DNA from: Candidatus Hydrogenedentota bacterium
GTDB taxonomy: Bacteria; Hydrogenedentota; Hydrogenedentia; Hydrogenedentales; GCA-2746185
Direction of reading: 5' to 3'
NCBI GenBank assembly: GCA_046583315.1
Contig: JAYGCN010000214.1
Span: 1-34,228, forward strand
DNA length: 34,228 nt
Shown here: in pieces, positions 31,429 through 34,228 of the stretch
Numbering within the stretch: the stretch's first letter is position 1
Layout of the letters: every line of letters begins with the position of its first letter
Program-made: the position numbers and the translations under genes
Notes under the pieces: model-generated
Database searches by the model: none
What the model was told of the DNA's origin: nothing
Seen by the model: only the letters and a program-made list of their open reading frames with translations

Positions 31429-31460
31429 ATTCTAAACCTTGCACCAAGGTATAGGGTCAA
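31429..31460 (-). promoter_or_regulatory. MerR-type promoter/operator of the Sec-HMA/barrel operon
   Basis: Minus strand TTGACC (31460-31455), 20 bp spacer, TAGAAT (31434-31429); dyad accttgcaccaaggtatagggt at 31436-31457, similar to the 27303 site. Confidence 0.85.
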
Positions 31461-31514
31461 GTCCTTAACCAAACAAATTCCCAGAGCCGCTTATACTGGA
31501 CAGGATTGAGACGC

Positions 31515-31940
31515 TTAATCGTCCGTACTACGAACGACCGAACGACTCCGTTTGAGATCGCTCCGACGATGTTTGTTGTCCATTCGCTTGGCTTTGGCAC
31601 CCGCAGATGGTCGTGATTTGCGGCGACTTTTCGGAGCTTTCTCAGCTTCCTGAATGAGCGCGATAAGACGTTCAAGGGCTTCCTTGCGATTCGCCGACTG
31701 ACTACGCTTGTTTGTGGCGGCTATCACGAGGACACCCTCGTTGGTCAATCGAGAACCCGCGATACTCCTCAACCGTCGTCGCACATCATTATGCAGCGAC
31801 GGTGAATGGGCCACATCGAAGCGAAGTTGTACCCCGGACGAAGTCTTGTTGACATGCTGACCACCCGGGCCAGACGCCCGAATGAAATGCTCTTCGATCT
31901 CGTCGTCGGATAACGATATTTTTTCGGAGACACGTATCAT
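31515..31940 (-). CDS. arfB: Alternative ribosome rescue peptidyl-tRNA hydrolase ArfB
   Basis: FIRASGPGGQHVNKTSSGVQLRF, RSQSANR, basic C-terminal tail. Confidence 0.95.
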   Translation of the reverse strand: MIRVSEKISLSDDEIEEHFIRASGPGGQHVNKTSSGVQLRFDVAHSPSLHNDVRRRLRSIAGSRLTNEGVLVIAATNKRSQSANRKEALERLIALIQEAEKAPKSRRKSRPSAGAKAKRMDNKHRRSDLKRSRSVVRSTDD

Positions 31941-31943
31941 GTT

Positions 31944-32369
31944 CTATGACGATCCTGGCTGCGCAGATTCTTCCGTAAGCGTTTCCAGTACTTCACAATG
32001 CTCCTTATCCCCGGAAGCCCGACAGGTCTTCAAAAAATCATTCAGGTGGCGATCGATTTCCTTCAGATCCTTGAGGCGCGCGCGTACTTCCCCGAGTCGG
32101 TGCTCAATGAGATGCTCGACTTCTTCGCACGGCGTGGTCACCCCATCGCGAACGCCCAGCAGACGCGCAATGTCTTCAAGACTGAATCCCGCCGACTGTG
32201 CAATACGAATAAACCGCACGCGCTCGACCGCATCCGGGCCATACACGCGATAATTGCCCTCCGTGCGCCCCGAAGGCACCAGCAAATTCGCTCGCTCGTA
32301 GTACCGCAACGTCGAGGTTGGCACATCCACTTCCTGCGCCAGACGCCCTATGGTTTGCTCAATCGCCAT
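31944..32369 (-). CDS. Heavy-metal-responsive MerR-family regulator
   Basis: TIGRLA...STLRYYERANLL.P.GRTEGNYRVY; GFSLEDI; Cys81, Cys116, Cys125 (C-x34-C-x8-C) counted from MAIEQT. Confidence 0.93.
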   Translation of the reverse strand: MAIEQTIGRLAQEVDVPTSTLRYYERANLLVPSGRTEGNYRVYGPDAVERVRFIRIAQSAGFSLEDIARLLGVRDGVTTPCEEVEHLIEHRLGEVRARLKDLKEIDRHLNDFLKTCRASGDKEHCEVLETLTEESAQPGSS

Positions 32370-32376
32370 ACCTATC

Positions 32377-32408
32377 ACGATAGCAGACCTTGGGAAATCC
32401 CGCAAGGC
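32377..32408 (-). promoter_or_regulatory. Putative merR promoter with a third MerR-like dyad
   Basis: Dyad ACCTTG-ggaaatcccg-CAAGGC (32387-32408); minus strand TTGCGG, 17 bp spacer, TGn-extended TATCGT, then 7 nt to ATG 32369. Confidence 0.55.
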
Positions 32409-32486
32409 TGAATCGTGATAGGTCGATAAGGTACGATTGATATCGCGATTTAGCGCTACGCTATTGAATAATGCAGAAGGTCGCAA

Positions 32487-33242
32487 ATGAACGAAACGAC
32501 TCCACAACACGACACGATGAGTTTAGGGTCACGTGCCATTGAACTCGCGAGTATCCTGGCTGCCATCGGACTCGTGATCGCTCTCGTGTTTCGTTTCTCG
32601 CTTACTCCGGACATGCTCACTTGGTCGACCCCTGTCGTGTGTATCCTTGCGATGTTCGCCGCCGATTTCATGTCCGGCATGCTTCATTGGTTTGCCGACA
32701 CCTGGGGAAGGGATACCATGCCAGTCCTTGGACGGCGACTGCTTCGACCGTTCCGCGTACATCACGTGAATCCAGACGATTTATTGCGACGGGATTTTAT
32801 CGATGCGAACGGGGATGTCGCGATGCTCGTTGCACCTTTTCTGATTCTCGGTCTAACCTTGCCTCTGGATTCAAGTGCCGGGCGGATCTGCGCACTCTTC
32901 TTTGCGGTCTTCGGTATCGCCGCGCTACCGACAAACCAGATTCATCAATGGGCGCACATGAGCCATCCACCCCGATGGATAAAGTGGCTTCAAGATTTCG
33001 GCCTGATTCTAGGTCGGAGGCAGCACCTGAAACACCACGCGGAGCCGTACAACAAGCATTACTGCATCACCTTTGGCTGGTGCAACGAGAACCTGGACAC
33101 CACCAATTTCTTCCAATCGCTGGAACGGATCATTACGCGGCTGACGGGTTTGCAGCCTCGACAGGATGATACGGCGTTCATCAATCGCTCCGGTGTTGCG
33201 GAGGTCAACGATCCGTTCGAATCGAGCGGCGACCAGAGATGA
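32487..33242 (+). CDS. CarF/TMEM189 (FAD4/Kua)-family lipid desaturase
   Basis: ADFMSGMLHWFADTWG, FRVHHVNP, TNQIHQWAH, HLKHH, YCITFGWCN His motifs. Confidence 0.88.
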   Translation: MNETTPQHDTMSLGSRAIELASILAAIGLVIALVFRFSLTPDMLTWSTPVVCILAMFAADFMSGMLHWFADTWGRDTMPVLGRRLLRPFRVHHVNPDDLLRRDFIDANGDVAMLVAPFLILGLTLPLDSSAGRICALFFAVFGIAALPTNQIHQWAHMSHPPRWIKWLQDFGLILGRRQHLKHHAEPYNKHYCITFGWCNENLDTTNFFQSLERIITRLTGLQPRQDDTAFINRSGVAEVNDPFESSGDQR

Positions 33243-34228
33243 CTACCCCTTCTTCAAGAAAATTCGGCTCGGGGTGGATTAGCGGCACCGCGTAGATCGC
33301 ACTGGGAGCCTTGGGACTCGGAACCGTTCTCTGCTTTTTATACCCGACCGTGCTCACGGTGCCGGAACTTCGAAGCCTCTACCCCCTCCCCTATGTTCGC
33401 GCACTGCTCCATACCGTGCTCGTGTCCGCTTTTCTGCTGGGAGTCTTGTCCGTCGTGCTGAGACAACGAAAACGGATGGGCATGACCGGCATCACGCTCG
33501 TCCTCATCGCGGCGTTATTGGGCGGCTCAAAAGTTCCGATCACCCGAACTGAAGACGACGGATTATTCTTTGGGCTCGATTGGTTTCTACTCAACTTAAT
33601 TCTGTATTCGGTCGCATTCATCCCGATGGAAAGGATGTTCGCGCGTAAACCTGAGCAGCGCATACTTCGCAGCGAGTGGAGAACCGATTTGGCCTACTTT
33701 TTCATCAGTTCATTCCTTCTGCAGACTACCACAATATTAACCATGAACCCCGCAATGGTTTTCTTCGACTAGGCCGCAAGCGAGACCATTCAGATGCGTA
33801 TAGGCGCACTGCCCTTCATCGTTCAGTTCGCGGCCATACTGGTGTTCACCGATCTAACGCAATATTGGGTACATCGAATGTTTCACGTGATCCCCGTATT
33901 GTGGCGCTTTCACGCTGTGCATCATTCCGCCGAAACCATGGACTGGTTGGCCGGATCACGCGTGCACATTGTTGATATAGGCGTAACCCGCGGCCTCACT
34001 TACATCCCGATTTACATCCTCGGATTCTCAGAGACCGCTCTGTTCACCTATGTCGTATTCGTCAGCATCCAGGCGACGTTCATCCATGCGAACATTCGAT
34101 TCGAATTTGGGTCGCTACGGTGGTTGTTCGTGACACCCCAGTTCCATCACTGGCATCACGGCGCAGAGAAAGAAGCCATAGACAAGAATTTCGCCGTCCA
34201 TCTTCCGTTCTTCGATTGGCTATTCGGC
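33239..34228 (+). pseudogene. Sterol desaturase/fatty acid hydroxylase family protein with in-frame TAGs at 33293 and 33770 (runs off window)
   Basis: One frame from ATG 33239 (ATGA overlap with the CarF-like gene): FGSGWISGTA*IALG...PAMVFFD*AASE...YWVHRMFH...RFHAVHHS...IHANI...PQFHHWHHG. Confidence 0.82.

Noticed and set aside
256..33242. Genome-wide UGA reassignment (code 4 or 25)
   Set aside because: TGA is the normal stop in many ATGA-coupled genes, Trp is encoded by TGG, and the internal UGAs occur only at Cys-motif positions.
16779..33772. TAG reassignment or pyrrolysine read-through explaining the three in-frame TAGs
   Set aside because: TAG ends several intact genes here (DUF1501, NIPSNAP, OprB, merR), the contexts suggest different residues (probably Q/E, S and W), and no pyl genes are in the window; point errors are simpler.
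1..34228. CRISPR arrays, tRNA/rRNA (including tRNA-Sec), transposases, integrases, merA/merB, selABD
   Set aside because: None recognised by eye in this window; they may lie elsewhere in the genome.

Overview
A gene-dense, moderately GC-rich bacterial chromosomal segment. The DUF1553/DUF1501 pair and an ECF sigma fused to a DUF1559/H-X9-DG-like tail suggest a Planctomycetota/Hydrogenedentota-like organism (inference only). The left two-thirds holds glycosyltransferases, a DUF1553-DUF1501-aminopeptidase cluster, NIPSNAP, DegQ, OprB, a YtrA-type GntR-ABC operon, a ThDP decarboxylase-alanine dehydrogenase pair and a serine hydrolase. The main signal is three genes that the ORF track splits at an in-frame UGA lying where a redox or metal-binding Cys is expected, each followed by a short hairpin, i.e. 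probable selenoproteins: (1) a ResA/TlpA-like redoxin (WASW-U-GC); (2) a four-domain Trx-like/MerT/HMA/Trx-like fusion (SPT-U-PAC); (3) an exported HMA/MerP-like protein (GIV-U-SFC) translationally coupled to an outer-membrane barrel gene. Genes 2 and 3 each sit behind a closely similar MerR-type promoter (TTGACC, 20 bp spacer, ACCTTG dyad). A MerR regulator with Hg-MerR-like C-x34-C-x8-C spacing and a third dyad lies nearby. Together these suggest a MerR-controlled, selenocysteine-using heavy-metal capture/transport regulon with no merA in the window. Six apparent frameshifts and three in-frame TAGs elsewhere point to assembly errors or gene decay, which is the main caveat for the UGA calls.
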